A stretch of DNA of 63,805 nucleotides, the filler included, from Octopus bimaculoides (taxonomy: Eukaryota), in NCBI RefSeq assembly GCF_001194135.2. It is 7 parts of 6 records of this genome, joined end to end, with 100 filler letters (N's around TTAATTAATTAA, not from the genome) between each part and the next. Parts side by side here need not be neighbours in the genome. Positions count along the whole stretch, not along the records: positions 1 to 20,162 come from NC_068997.1; positions 20,263 to 27,566 come from NC_068983.1; 5 more parts are not named here. One strand, written 5' to 3'. Made by a program: the position numbers and the translations under genes. This document shows positions 14,382 to 27,566 of the stretch, piece after piece. Position 1 is the stretch's first letter. Each line of letters opens with the position of its first letter. Under the pieces are notes generated by a model that saw only the letters and a program-made list of their open reading frames with translations, had not been told where the DNA came from and made no database searches.

Positions 14382-15180
14382 NNNNNNNNNNNNNNNNNNN
14401 NNNNNNNNNNNNNNNNNNNNNNNNNNNNNNNNNNNNNNNNNNNNNNNNNNNNNNNNNNNNNNNNNNNNNNNNNNNNNNNNNNNNNNNNNNNNNNNNNNNN
14501 NNNNNNNNNNNNNNNNNNNNNNNNNNNNNNNNNNNNNNNNNNNNNNNNNNNNNNNNNNNNNNNNNNNNNNNNNNNNNNNNNNNNNNNNNNNNNNNNNNNN
14601 NNNNNNNNNNNNNNNNNNNNNNNNNNNNNNNNNNNNNNNNNNNNNNNNNNNNNNNNNNNNNNNNNNNNNNNNNNNNNNNNNNNNNNNNNNNNNNNNNNNN
14701 NNNNNNNNNNNNNNNNNNNNNNNNNNNNNNNNNNNNNNNNNNNNNNNNNNNNNNNNNNNNNNNNNNNNNNNNNNNNNNNNNNNNNNNNNNNNNNNNNNNN
14801 NNNNNNNNNNNNNNNNNNNNNNNNNNNNNNNNNNNNNNNNNNNNNNNNNNNNNNNNNNNNNNNNNNNNNNNNNNNNNNNNNNNNNNNNNNNNNNNNNNNN
14901 NNNNNNNNNNNNNNNNNNNNNNNNNNNNNNNNNNNNNNNNNNNNNNNNNNNNNNNNNNNNNNNNNNNNNNNNNNNNNNNNNNNNNNNNNNNNNNNNNNNN
15001 NNNNNNNNNNNNNNNNNNNNNNNNNNNNNNNNNNNNNNNNNNNNNNNNNNNNNNNNNNNNNNNNNNNNNNNNNNNNNNNNNNNNNNNNNNNNNNNNNNNN
15101 NNNNNNNNNNNNNNNNNNNNNNNNNNNNNNNNNNNNNNNNNNNNNNNNNNNNNNNNNNNNNNNNNNNNNNNNNNNNNNNN

Positions 15181-15213
<33 letters not shown>

Positions 15214-16918
15214 TACGTGATATTTAATTATTTATAGAACTTTCTCAGCGAACAAATACTTCGAAAAGACGTATTAAGATGTTGCTTGTGAGGCTCTAAA
15301 CTTACTACATACATTGTTCCGATGTAGTTTAAGTTTTCTAATCTAATATATTTTCCAGTAGATGCATCTGGTGAAGCAAGGAGTTGCCAAAATGAGCCTA
15401 AATATCAAATTCTTCTGCAAATAGAAACAAAAAGTGACCAAAGATTATGAAATATGGAAGTATATCGTTGAAGCTAATAGTCAGAATGTAATTTTAGTTT
15501 ATTCACGTCCTAGTTTGTTCACGTCACTCTAGACAAATCTGTCACAAAGGATGTAATGACAAAATTAAAGTTTCTTCTGCAGATGGGACTTAGAGCAAAT
15601 TACATGTGGCATGTACATCACCTTCAAAGTAAGCTGTACACAACATATTTACGCTTTCAGATATAAAAGGTCAACTTAACTCCAACTTAACTCGGCCTGA
15701 ATAAGTCGGTAAACTGAGGGAGAGAGGAAGTAATATTTCTATTAGCTACACCACTGACGTCTGCCATTTAATATATTCGAAAAAAAATATTATAGCTTAC
15801 AAGCAAAATGCATTATGTAGAGGAAACACTTCGAAATATTAAGCAAAGGCACTGAAATTAAAGATTAATAATTAGCATAATATTAGTTTCAAATTTTGGC
15901 AGAGGCTTAGTAATTTCGGAGGAGAGGAGGGGGTAATTCGATTACTTTGATCCCGTTATACAACTGGTACTTATTGTCTCGATCCCGAAAGGATGAAAAG
16001 CAAAGTCGACCTCGACGAAATTTGAACTTGGAACATAAAGACGGATGAAATACCGGTAAGCGTTTTTTTCCGGCGTACTGACGATTCTATCGAAATAGTA
16101 AAATTAGAATTTTTAGAATTTACAATAGATTTTTGAGTAATAATCAATTCTTTTGTCATTAACTTGCTTCAGATATTGGACTGTGGCAATGCTGGAGCAG
16201 TGCTTTCTATAAATCGACCCTCAGCACTAATCTTTTAAGCCTGGCACTTATATTGTAGTTATTTTCCCGAACCGCTAATGTAATGGGGCGTAAATGAACC
16301 AACACCGTTTGTAAAACAGTGGCGAGAGGGAGAATGCATACGAAAACACACATACGAAAACACACACACGTACGACGGGTTAGCACAATTTCTGTCTACT
16401 AGGTTTCCTCACAAGGCAATATTGGATCCACGGATAATATAGAAGACGGTTGCTAAAAATGTCATGGGGCAGTACTGAACCCGAAACCACATCGTTCCAA
16501 AGCGCGCTCCTTAACCACACAGCTTAGAATAGCAATTGATAATTTGTATTATAGCATAACTCTAAGTATGGCTGTGTTATTTATTTAAGCAATATCAGAA
16601 AGATTATAGCCACCTGTGCTTCATAATTAATGTAAATATATATAGATATGATGGGCGTGACACAACGCGTTTCCACCGAGATAGTAACTTTCTCGATGTG
16701 CTGTGTTAAAAAAACATTATATATCAGAGAGACCGAGCGCATCGGCCAGTAGCATCTAGCAAGAACGCCACATGCATTTCGGTCTTTTTGAACGTTTTCA
16801 ATGACATATGCGCGAAGATACAGGTATAAACGAGATTTTTTTATAATCGCTGAATGTAAGTTTTTAATCAATTGCATTCTGGAAATAATATTTTCATTAA
16901 ATCTATCAACTTTCTATT

Positions 16919-16919
<1 letters not shown>

Positions 16920-16979
<60 letters not shown>

Positions 16980-17187
16980 CAGTAGTAGCAGCAGCAGCAG
17001 CAGAAGTGGTAGTAGTAGCAGCAGTAGTTGCAGTAATATTTGTACAAAGGTTTCTGTTTAAAACAGAGAATTTGTTTTAAAATTTCTCCTCCTCCTCCTC
17101 CTCATCATCATCATTATCATCATCATCATCATCATCATCGTCATCGTCATTATCATCGTCATCATTATGGTCATTGTCGTCGTAATC

Positions 17188-17218
<31 letters not shown>

Positions 17219-18666
17219 TTGTCATCATTGTTGTCGTCATCCTCGTTTTCCTCCTCATCAACATCATCGTTATCATCCTCATCATCATCATCATCACCAT
17301 CACCATCACCATCTCCATCACCATCATCATCATCATCATCATCATAATAATAACCATCGTCATAACCGAACCGTCCTCAACGCAACCTCGCCACAGCCGT
17401 TCACCCCCATCAACAACCCATTACACACCTAAACGCCTAAACACCTTCACTCAGACTCACTTCATTGTCATCGTCACCATGGTAACTGGTTGACATCTAC
17501 ATTGTATGTGATGTCGATGAAGTTGATGATGATGATGATGAAGAGAAGGAGGAGGAAGAAGTGGGAAGGAACAAGATGTTATTTCGATGAGGAACAGAAA
17601 CTAATACGAAATAATGGAAGCGTTTCATAGCGGTTGCTGTGATGTTGCTATAGTTGTTGCTGATGGTGATGGTGATGGAAGCACTGAGCGCATTTGCTGG
17701 TGGTGGCAATGATGGTGTTGTTGTTGGTGGTGGTATTGGTGGTGGTTGTGGTGGTGGTAGTGGTGGTGGTAATGGTGGAGCGTGATGGTGGTGGTGGTGG
17801 TGTTTGTGGTGTTGTTGTTGGTGGTGGTGTTGGGGTTGCTGGTGGTGGTGTTGCTGTTGNNNNNNNNNNNNNNNNNNNNNNNNNNNNNNNNNNNNNNNNN
17901 NNNNNNNNNNNNNNNNNNNNNNNNNNNNNNNNNNNNNNNNNNNNNNNNNNNNNNNNNNNNNNNNNNNNNNNNNNNNNNNNNNNNNNNNNNNNNNNNNNNN
18001 NNNNNNNNNNNNNNNNNNNNNNNNNNNNNNNNNNNNNNNNNNNNNNNNNNNNNNNNNNNNNNNNNNNNNNNNNNNNNNNNNNNNNNNNNNNNNNNNNNNN
18101 NNNNNNNNNNNNNNNNNNNNNNNNNNNNNNNNNNNNNNNNNNNNNNNNNNNNNNNNNNNNNNNNNNNNNNNNNNNNNNNNNNNNNNNNNNNNNNNNNNNN
18201 NNNNNNNNNNNNNNNNNNNNNNNNNNNNNNNNNNNNNNNNNNNGGCGGTTGTGGTAGTGACTTTGGTGGTGGTGGTGGTGGTGGTGATGGTGGTGTTGTT
18301 GATGGTGTTGATGGTGGTTGTGGTGGTACTGATGGTGGAGTGTGGTGATGGTGGTGTTATGTGGATGGTATATTTTGGGAAGTTACCTTTAAATCCCGTT
18401 CCTCCTTCTCCATGGCATGCAGAAAACAATATGGCCGCCTTTCGTTCTTCACTTTCTTCTCATCAACAACAATGTTATTTCCTCACTGTCTTCATCTTCA
18501 GCTTCTTCTGTATCCTCATCAGAAGCAGCAGCAGCAGAAGCAGCTGTGGTAGTAGTAGTAGCAGCATCCTCATACTTCTAATCAACATTATGATCATCAT
18601 CTCTAACAGCAACTATATATCATCGTCGTCGTCGTCGTCATCATTATTATCATAACCATTATACGC

Positions 18667-18700
<34 letters not shown>

Positions 18701-19760
18701 AATCATCATCATCATCATCATCATACCATCATCCTCATAATCACTTATGCTCATCACTCCCATCATCGTCATCCTCATCCTCATCATCATCGTCATTCTC
18801 ATCATCACCATCTCTTATGCTCATCACCCTCATCACCTATTCTCATCNNNNNNNNNNNNNNNNNNNNNNNNNNNNNNNNNNNNNNNNNNNNNNNNNNNNN
18901 NNNNNNNNNNNNNNNNNNNNNNNNNNNNNNNNNNNNNNNNNNNNNNNNNNNNNNNNNNNNNNNNNNNNNNNNNNNNNNNNNNNNNNNNNNNNNNNNNNNN
19001 NNNNNNNNNNNNNNNNNNNNNNNNNNNNNNNNNNNNNNNNNNNNNNNNNNNNNNNNNNNNNNNNNNNNNNNNNNNNNNNNNNNNNNNNNNNNNNNNNNNN
19101 NNNNNNNNNNNNNNNNNNNNNNNNNNNNNNNNNNNNNNNNNNNNNNNNNNNNNNNNNNNNNNNNNNNNNNNNNNNNNNNNNNNNNNNNNNNNNNNNNNNN
19201 NNNNNNNNNNNNNNNNNNNNNNNNNNNNNNNNNNNNNNNNNNNNNNNNNNNNNNNNNNNNNNNNNNNNNNNNNNNNNNNNNNNNNNNNNNNNNNNNNNNN
19301 NNNNNNNNNNNNNNNNNNNNNNNNNNNNNNNNNNNNNNNNNNNNNNNNNNNNNNNNNNNNNNNNNNNNNNNNNNNNNNNNNNNNNNNNNNNNNNNNNNNN
19401 NNNNNNNGGTGGTGGTGGTGGTGGTGGTGCTATGTGTTTGAGATAAATGGGTGAATATACAAGCGAGTGTTTTCTACTTTCGTTGTTGTCATTATTGTTG
19501 TTGAATATATTGTTGTTGCCTTCTGTTTGTTACTGTTGTCATTGTTGTTGTTGTTGTTATTATTGTTGTTGTTGTTGGAGCCGATATTGCAGTAGATATG
19601 TACCGGCAGTTTGCTTGTATTTTTGTTCCTGCCATTGTCAACCATCTTCATTTGATGATGATGATGCTGTTGCTGCTGCTGCTGTTGTTGATGTTGTTAT
19701 TGTTGCTCCTGTTGTCATTGTTGCAGCTCTCCTTCATGTTATTGTCGTTGTTGTTATTGT
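16920..19760. repeat. Extended compound microsatellite and low-complexity field ((AGT)n, (CAT)n, (GGT)n, (GTT)n) with gaps
   Basis: Read directly. It is the source of the spurious His-, Pro-, Gln- and Ile-rich ORFs. Confidence 0.95.
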
Positions 19761-20162
19761 TACGTTCTTTTGTTTGATTTCTTTATATTTGTATTCTTTA
19801 TATATATCTATTTCTTTTTTCTTTTAAATTTCGTCTTTGTGTCTTTCGTTTTTCATACCCCTACTCCCTCGCTCCATACGCACAAACTTACCATTCTTTC
19901 TCTTAAATTTTAATGCCTGATACTCTTTAAAAAAATATACACACAAAGAAAAAAGAGGAATTTTACAGATATGTATGTTGTGTTTTGAGAAGGGAGGATG
20001 TGTGTAGAATATAGAACACAAAATTTAAATAATATACATGACATTTTTTTAAAAATTATAACAGATTCATATAATATACATACAAGTATATATATGTGTG
20101 TGTGTATGTGTAAATATATATATATGAATGTATGTATATATTTACATATATATATATATATA

Positions 20163-20262
20163 NNNNNNNNNNNNNNNNNNNNNNNNNNNNNNNNNNNNNN
20201 NNNNNNTTAATTAATTAANNNNNNNNNNNNNNNNNNNNNNNNNNNNNNNNNNNNNNNNNNNN
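20163..20262. other. Assembly gap spacer 44N-TTAATTAATTAA-44N (also near 27611, 41363, 53966, 56960 and 62545)
   Basis: The same 12-mer sits between N runs six times, and the fully counted instance is exactly 100 bp. It is an artificial linker. Confidence 0.95.
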
Positions 20263-20540
20263 ACACACATACACACACACACATACATACATACACGTAT
20301 GTATGTATGTATGTATGTATGTATGTATGTATGCGTGTGCTTTTGTGCTTGTCTCCCTACCGCTTGACAACCTCCTCTGTGTTTATTTACATCCTTGTGA
20401 TCCTAGCGGTTCGGCAAATGGCACCGACAGAATTAGTACCGGACTTTTGAAATAACTACCAAAGTAGATTTAAACCTTTAAGAGCAGGGTCCCGGCATGA
20501 CTGCAGTCCAACGACAGACATCAGTAATAGATGTGTGCGC

Positions 20541-20583
<43 letters not shown>

Positions 20584-21475
20584 TGTGTGTGTGCTTAATC
20601 TATAAGCATTGTGAATCCCACTTACCATGTCAGAAATTGATGACATTGATTAACGTCAAAAAACTTTTCAACGCTAAGCGGGATTCCAATGAAATCATGC
20701 TCAGGAAATGTCCTCCGTATATTATAGATATTAGTCATATACTTGTTACATATATCGTCTGCTAAATGAACAGAAGCATGTAGAATTAAGCCCTCTACTC
20801 AGGGATGCTATAGATTTCTCCCCATCACAAAGCATTGTGTAGTATGCATAGTAGTAGTCCAATACTATATTCATCAGTCATTTTAACTTTTAGCTTCACA
20901 CTTTTCTACTTGGTTTACCCTCTGCGCCTCTCTCTCTCTTCCTTCTCTCTCTTTTTCTTTCTCTCTCTTTTTCTTTCTCTCTCTTTTTTTTTCTCTCTCT
21001 TGTTCTTTCTTTGTCTCTCTCACTCCCTCTCTCTCTTTCTCTCTTTTTCTTTCTCTCTCTTTCTCTCTCTCTCTTTCTCTCTCTCTCTTTCTCTTTCTCT
21101 CCCTGTTTCTCTCTCTTTCTCTCTCTCCCTCTCTCTCTCTCTTTCTCTCTCTCTCCCTCTTTCTCTCTCTTTCTCTCTCTCTCTCTCTCTTACCGAGCTT
21201 AGTTTTCTCTTTCTCTCACCTCCCTCATAAATGATTTACACACATATATAAATAATATGTGTATGAGTGTATCTGTGTGCGCGTGAAAGTATGCGCCAAT
21301 GCGTTTGTGTATATGTGTGTGTTTGTGTATGTGTGCGTATGTGTGTGTGTGTGTGTGTGTGATTATACATAGCTTTTAATATATTACTGTATTTATATAT
21401 GTATATCTTACATATGCACCTATTTATGTCTGTGCATATGCATATATGAATCTACGATTGTGCGCGTATGCTTAA

Positions 21476-21523
<48 letters not shown>

Positions 21524-22195
21524 CTGTGTGTGTGTGTGTCTGTATATATATTTATATTTATATTTATACATACACACACATACACACGCACACATACACA
21601 CACACACACATATATATGTACATATTTTATGTGTAAGTAGATATATGCTTGTGTATACGTGTATGTGTGTGCTATCGGACAAAGCCACTAATATTACACC
21701 ATATGCAGTTGTCTATCTCTCTGCATCTATATGTTGTACACAACAGCTCTAAATTCAGGTAAGAGTTTGTTATTGCAGACATAACATAAGTAGGTTTAAT
21801 TTGAGAGGAAGACACAACGAACTTCCTGTTATGTAAAGGTTAACACGTCTTCTCTGTAGGTAAAAAGATACGGAGTTGAATATGGCTATCATTTTTTTTT
21901 TTTTCGATTTTTTTTTTTTTGAGATCACATAGACAGTATTTTACGTATGTGGTAAGAAGTTTTCTTCCGAAGCACATGGTTCTAGGATCAATTCCATTGC
22001 GTGAAACCATGGACAAGTGCCTTCTACTCTAGCCTCAGGCTGATCAATGTCTTGTTATTGGATTTGGTAGATAGACCATGCTTAAACTAATAAGTACTGG
22101 AGTGGGATTTTTCTACTAAATTACTTCAAGGCGGTGCCCCAGCATGACCGCAGTTTAATGACTGAATCTAGAGAAAGATAAAAGATAATGGATCT

Positions 22196-22222
22196 TTATT
22201 ATTATTATTATTATTATTATTA

Positions 22223-22308
<86 letters not shown>

Positions 22309-23715
22309 TTATGTTTGACTTTTGCTTTGCATTTGTACAAGTTGGATCTAAGTCTCACCCAGAGACCTCAAGAGACAACAAGTTAGAAGTTCATGTAGGT
22401 GTTATGCCTAGTGTACCATATATTTGAATTTGTACAGTGTTGTTCTAGAGAATGTTTAAGAGACCATAAGAAAATTATGTTTGTTTAAAAATTTTTTTTT
22501 TTTTGAGATCACATAGACAGTATTTTACGTAGGATATGGGCAGTTCCCATGAGCACTATCTTTTGAACTTCAGCCATTTTGGGGTTTCCTGGCATCTGAG
22601 CTAGGTAGTAATCAGCCCGTTTCGCTGTCATTCCCAGGGCACCTATGACAATAGGTATTGTTTTCGTCTTCAGATTCCACNNNNNNNNNNNNNNNNNNNN
22701 NNNNNNNNNNNNNNNNNNNNNNNNNNNNNNNNNNNNNNNNNNNNNNNNNNNNNNNNNNNNNNNNNNNNNNNNNNNNNNNNNNNNNNNNNNNNNNNNNNNN
22801 NNNNNNNNNNNNNNNNNNNNNNNNNNNNNNNNNNNNNNNNNNNNNNNNNNNNNNNNNNNNNNNNNNNNNNNNNNNNNNNNNNNNNNNNNNNNNNNNNNNN
22901 NNNNNNNNNNNNNNNNNNNNNNNNNNNNNNNNNNNNNNNNNNNNNNNNNNNNNNNNNNNNNNNNNNNNNNNNNNNNNNNNNNNNNNNNNNNNNNNNNNNN
23001 NNNNNNNNNNNNNNNNNNNNNNNNNNNNNNNNNNNNNNNNNNNNNNNNNNNNNNNNNNNNNNNNNNNNNNNNNNNNNNNNNNNNNNNNNNNNNNNNNNNN
23101 NNNNNNNNNNNNNNNNNNNNNNNNNNNNNNNNNNNNNNNNNNNNNNNNNNNNNNNNNNNNNNNNNNNNNNNNNNNNNNNNNNNNNNNNNNNNNNNNNNNN
23201 NNNNNNNNNNNNNNNNNNNNNNNNNNNNNNNNNNNNNNNNNNNNNNNNNNNNNNNNNNNNNNNNNNNNNNNNNNNNNNNNNNNNNNNNNNNNNNNNNNNN
23301 NNNNNNNNNNNNNNNNNNNNNNNNNNNNNNNNNNNNNNNNNNNNNNNNNNNNNNNNNNNNNNNNNNNNNNNNNNNNNNNNNNNNNNNNNNNNNNNNNNNN
23401 NNNNNNNNNNNNNNNNNNNNNNNNNNNNNNNNNNNNNNNNNNNNNNNNNNNNNNNNNNNNNNNNNNNNNNNNNNNNNNNNNNNNNNNNNNNNNNNNNNNN
23501 NNNNNNNNNNNNNNNNNNNNNNNNNNAGACAAGTTTTAGCATCCAGTCCTCAGAGTTTTTCAGATAGGTGTCTAGGCCAATTGTGGTTACCTTCATTGTT
23601 AATGCCAGCTGTAGAAGTCCACGGCCTCCCTCTTTTCTTGGCAGATAAAGACGTTCTATATCTGCCTTAGGGTGGTGCATTCTATGCATTGTCAACAGTT
23701 TTCGTATTTTTCTGT
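22196..23715 (-). mobile_element. R4/Dong-type RLE non-LTR retrotransposon, 5'-truncated, gap in the middle
   Basis: RKIRKLLTMHRMHHPKADIERLYLPRKEGGRGL at 23530-23715 and the RLE C-terminus TIPIVIGALG...VQKIVLMGTAHILRKILSM* at 22505-22680. A 3' UTR and (AAT)n tail follow. The same triplet tract also flanks the 5' junction. Confidence 0.88.
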
Positions 23716-23753
23716 CAACATTATTATTATTATTATTATCATTATTATTATTA

Positions 23754-23793
<40 letters not shown>

Positions 23794-24474
23794 CATTATT
23801 ATCATTATTATTATTATCATTACTATTATTATTATTGCGTGAGAGAGCAGTGCAAGCCTTCAAAGTGACACTGATGTACAAATATATGAAGCTCAGTATG
23901 GTAAGGACACACCAGGCACATGCATAACAACCATATGTGCGCAACATAGTGATCTCATGTCAAGATAACAGCACATGCCCTTGCAGGGTGGGGGTGGCAG
24001 TTAAAATTTTCTTCAGGTCTAGTAGCTCATCCTGCTCAAAAGGTCGTTGAATAAGGGTTGTTTAAGGATGTTGATCGAAATACCCATGTTTCCAACGGTG
24101 AATTATTCAAACCCTGAAGAATTCCTCTCAACACATAGCTGTAATGCTCCCCCATTATTTCTGCTCATGATCAGAGATGTACATATTGTCAGCTACCAAG
24201 GGACATGCTCAACTGGTTAAGGTTGGACATCTATGATCATCATACCCGAACTGAGATTTCATGTCTTCTACTCCTCCCCAAGTACACTTCTGATAGAATT
24301 TTATACCATTTTCGTACAAAACTAAGAATTTATATGGAGTAAATAACGAAACATAGAAACTACTACCAGCGAACAGTATTAGAGACATGTGTAATACTAT
24401 TCGTTAGTAGTCGTTTGTATGCTGTCTCTAAGCTTACGATGGCATTAACTATGAAACCAAAAGATAGCTATTAA

Positions 24475-25395
24475 ATCAAGCATTGAAGATAGATTAGAAG
24501 CTTGCGCGAAGAAGGATGCCTATATAACAATTGAAAACCACAATCCGAACATTGCCTCTAATCCCAAATATCAGCTGGAGTTCGAGTAGGTGAGCAAACA
24601 CCTGCTCAGAAAGATCAAGATTGACATAAGAAGATCATCCGGTCTTTCTCTATGGTAAAACACTAATGAAATCGACTCATTGCTTAAAAATAACTGCAAC
24701 AGAGGCAGGGTTAGTTTTATGTTGCAGACTTTTATATATCTATATCAAGGGACTTGTTATATAGAGCACTCGACTTTGTTAAAAACTATACTGACATCAG
24801 TGACATAGACATAAACATTATTACGCACGCCGGAAAAATTGTCATGTTCGATTAGGATACAATTTGGGTCAAGCGGAATGACCCGAAAGCTTCTTTGATT
24901 TGGCGATAGGAGCTTTTCACGGTGCTGCCATATGCGAGCTTTTAGTCCTTAATAAACTGAATTGGAAATTCCTTCAACAGGGATTATCGAAAAGAGTAAC
25001 TCGGCAAGCTGGCAGAATCGTTAGCACCCCGGGCGACATGCTTAGCGGTATTTCGTCTGCCGTTACGTTCTGAGTTCAAATTCCGCCGAGGTCGACTTTG
25101 CCTTTCATCCTTTCGGGGTCGATAAATTAAGTATCAGTTACGCACTGGGGTCGATGTAATCGACTTAATCCCTTTGTCTGTCCTTGTTTGTCCCCTCTAT
25201 GTTTAGCCCCTTGTGGGTAATAAAGAAATAAGAATTAGGAAGACCTAACTCATGCCTTAATTCCTCCAGATTCAAAATTACAATAGCGACAAACTTGAAC
25301 ATATTAAATCTAGACATAAACTCTTATAAATTCTTCTGAAAAATCAAACGAGAATCTGATATGTATTAACACAGTTTCCGGCTATCCAGCCATAG
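24475..25395 (+). mobile_element. Degenerate Penelope-like element RT, interrupted by a SINE at about 25001-25232
   Basis: KDAYITIENHNPN, LW*NTNEI, SISRDLLYRALDF, FDLAIGAFHGAAICELLV (resembles the FDVTMGSxDGAExCELVG PLE motif), KSNENLICINTVSGYP. Confidence 0.8.
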
Positions 25396-25732
25396 CTTTT
25401 GAAAACCTCGTGAAGGGCGTTAACAGAAGGATCTTCAAATCACGTTTTTATAAGATCTTCAACTCGGTTCTAGTTGCTAATTGTTTCAAACATAGCATTA
25501 GTTATATTCCTGATTTTAGTTCTACCAAGTAAAATTTTTCTCCGAATCATAATGTCCGTATTTTTCCGCATATTTACAAACCAAAAAAATTTTATAAAGA
25601 TTTTTGGAAATTTCTTTTCAGAATCATAATCTCCGTATTTTTCCGTATATTTTGAAAAAAAAAAAATTCTGAAAGAAGTTAAAAATGAAGAAAATGGAGG
25701 TGGTGGGGTGGTGATTTAGAAATGTCGATTTT

Positions 25733-25764
<32 letters not shown>

Positions 25765-27501
25765 GCAGATTCGTATTCCTCGTAGCCGAAAAGGGGGTGG
25801 GGGTTGTGTTGAAAAAAATGTTAAAGAAAGGGTGGTTTTTGGCGGGGACGGGCGGAAGTCTTGCCATGATAAGTTCTCTTGATTATTTTACTCCTTCCAC
25901 ATCGATACTACTGGCACCGAAGCCGAATCTTTAACAGTTTTGAACTCTGTGCAACAATTGATACCAGCTCCCACACGCAAGACGGCGCTAGAAAGTGCGG
26001 AGCCCAATTAGAGAATTACCAGTAGGGCCTCTATACTCTACAAGGGCTGAAAATTGATGATTTTTGCTTCATGTTGTACGTCAGTCCCAGCCAAAAAGCG
26101 TTGGGGCTTACGGTCCCACCATTAGTAACAGTGATATACTAAAAGTTCATCATAACGATCTCCGCTCAAGCATGTGCACAGTGCCCTCTCTTGACGCGGG
26201 GCCCAATTTGAACGATTCTGTCTAATTGGCTTAGACCCGACCCTGCCCACACGGATCGATGGCCAACACTTACGAACTCTAACTGTAAACACTCGTGATG
26301 TTTTTCCCACTACGAAACCCAATTATTACCAAACTATAACAGTATCTACATATAACAGATTGTCCAAGTATTACCTACCTTGCACCCACATACTGCACAA
26401 ATCGCATCACCTCTGAACACTTGTCATTTCAAATCGAGTGATTGGTCGGTCCCTCTGCCAGATCTATTGAAAGACAAATAACATACAACATAATTTCTTG
26501 ATTTAGTAATATAACTTCGGTCTCTAAGGCGGCGAGCCGGCATAATCGTTACGGTGCCGGAAAAATACTTCGTGACATTTCGTCTGTCTTACGCTTTGAG
26601 TTCCAATTCCACCGAGATCCACTTTACCTTTCAGCGTTTCTGTATCGATAAAATAGGTACCAGTTGAACACTGGGTCGTGGTAATCAGCTTATATCCGCC
26701 ACGCCCGAAATTGCTGGCATTGTGCCAAAATCTGAAACAAGTATTACCTCCACCTCTAGACTTTGTATCATAATTACCAAATGGCAATTAAGACCAGCTT
26801 CACTTGAGATGCGGAGATAATTTCGTAAATCAAAGATTGTACAAAATTGACTTGTCATTAAGGGAAGAAACAGGCTTAATGTCTAGAGATAAGAGGACAG
26901 TTGTGAACACGTGTTTCTGGCTCAATAACCGTCATCGGCACGACAATTGTCCGACCCCATCTCCAGTAGCTAAAGGACTTGGACTTATACAAACAAGAGA
27001 ACGGAATATTTATGGCCTAACAGCAAAAGTGCTTTACTCTTAACGAAACAGCCAAGAAGTTGACCGAAAACATATATCATTTCAAGGCTCTGACTAACCA
27101 TTACTTACAGCTCCAAGTCTCTCAAGTAGTTTGCACATAGTTGCACTGCAACTGTACAGGCGAAGAAAACGACCGATAAATCAATGAGAATCACCCACAA
27201 TCACTAACTGTGTGGCTCTAATTCACTCTTTTATTCTTTTATGATTCCATTAATTGTTTTGCAACCAAGTACTTCTTCGAAGGATTAAGTCTATCAAATT
27301 GACGTCTGTTCACATTTTCAAGTCCCAGTACTTATTCAATTGCTCTCTATTTTATCGAAGTGCTACGTTACGGAGATGTAAACAAACACTGGTTGTCAAA
27401 CGGTGCGACGTAAGAGCATGTTACAAAGACAAACACAAGCACACAACAATACACACACACACATGTATGTTTGTATGCTTGTGTGTGCATAAATATATAA
27501 T

Positions 27502-27566
<65 letters not shown>

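Noticed and set aside
20207-20218. Recurrent TTAATTAATTAA between N-runs, superficially like a conserved repeat or spacer array
   Set aside because: It is always embedded in N padding and has stop codons in all six frames, so it is an artificial scaffold linker.
169-23947. Long ORFs in the track rich in YI/HT/CV/His/Ile/Arg/Ser or X
   Set aside because: They are translations of (TA)n, (CA)n, (CAT)n, (AAT)n and similar repeats, or read through N gaps. Only the TE-derived portions are real homology.
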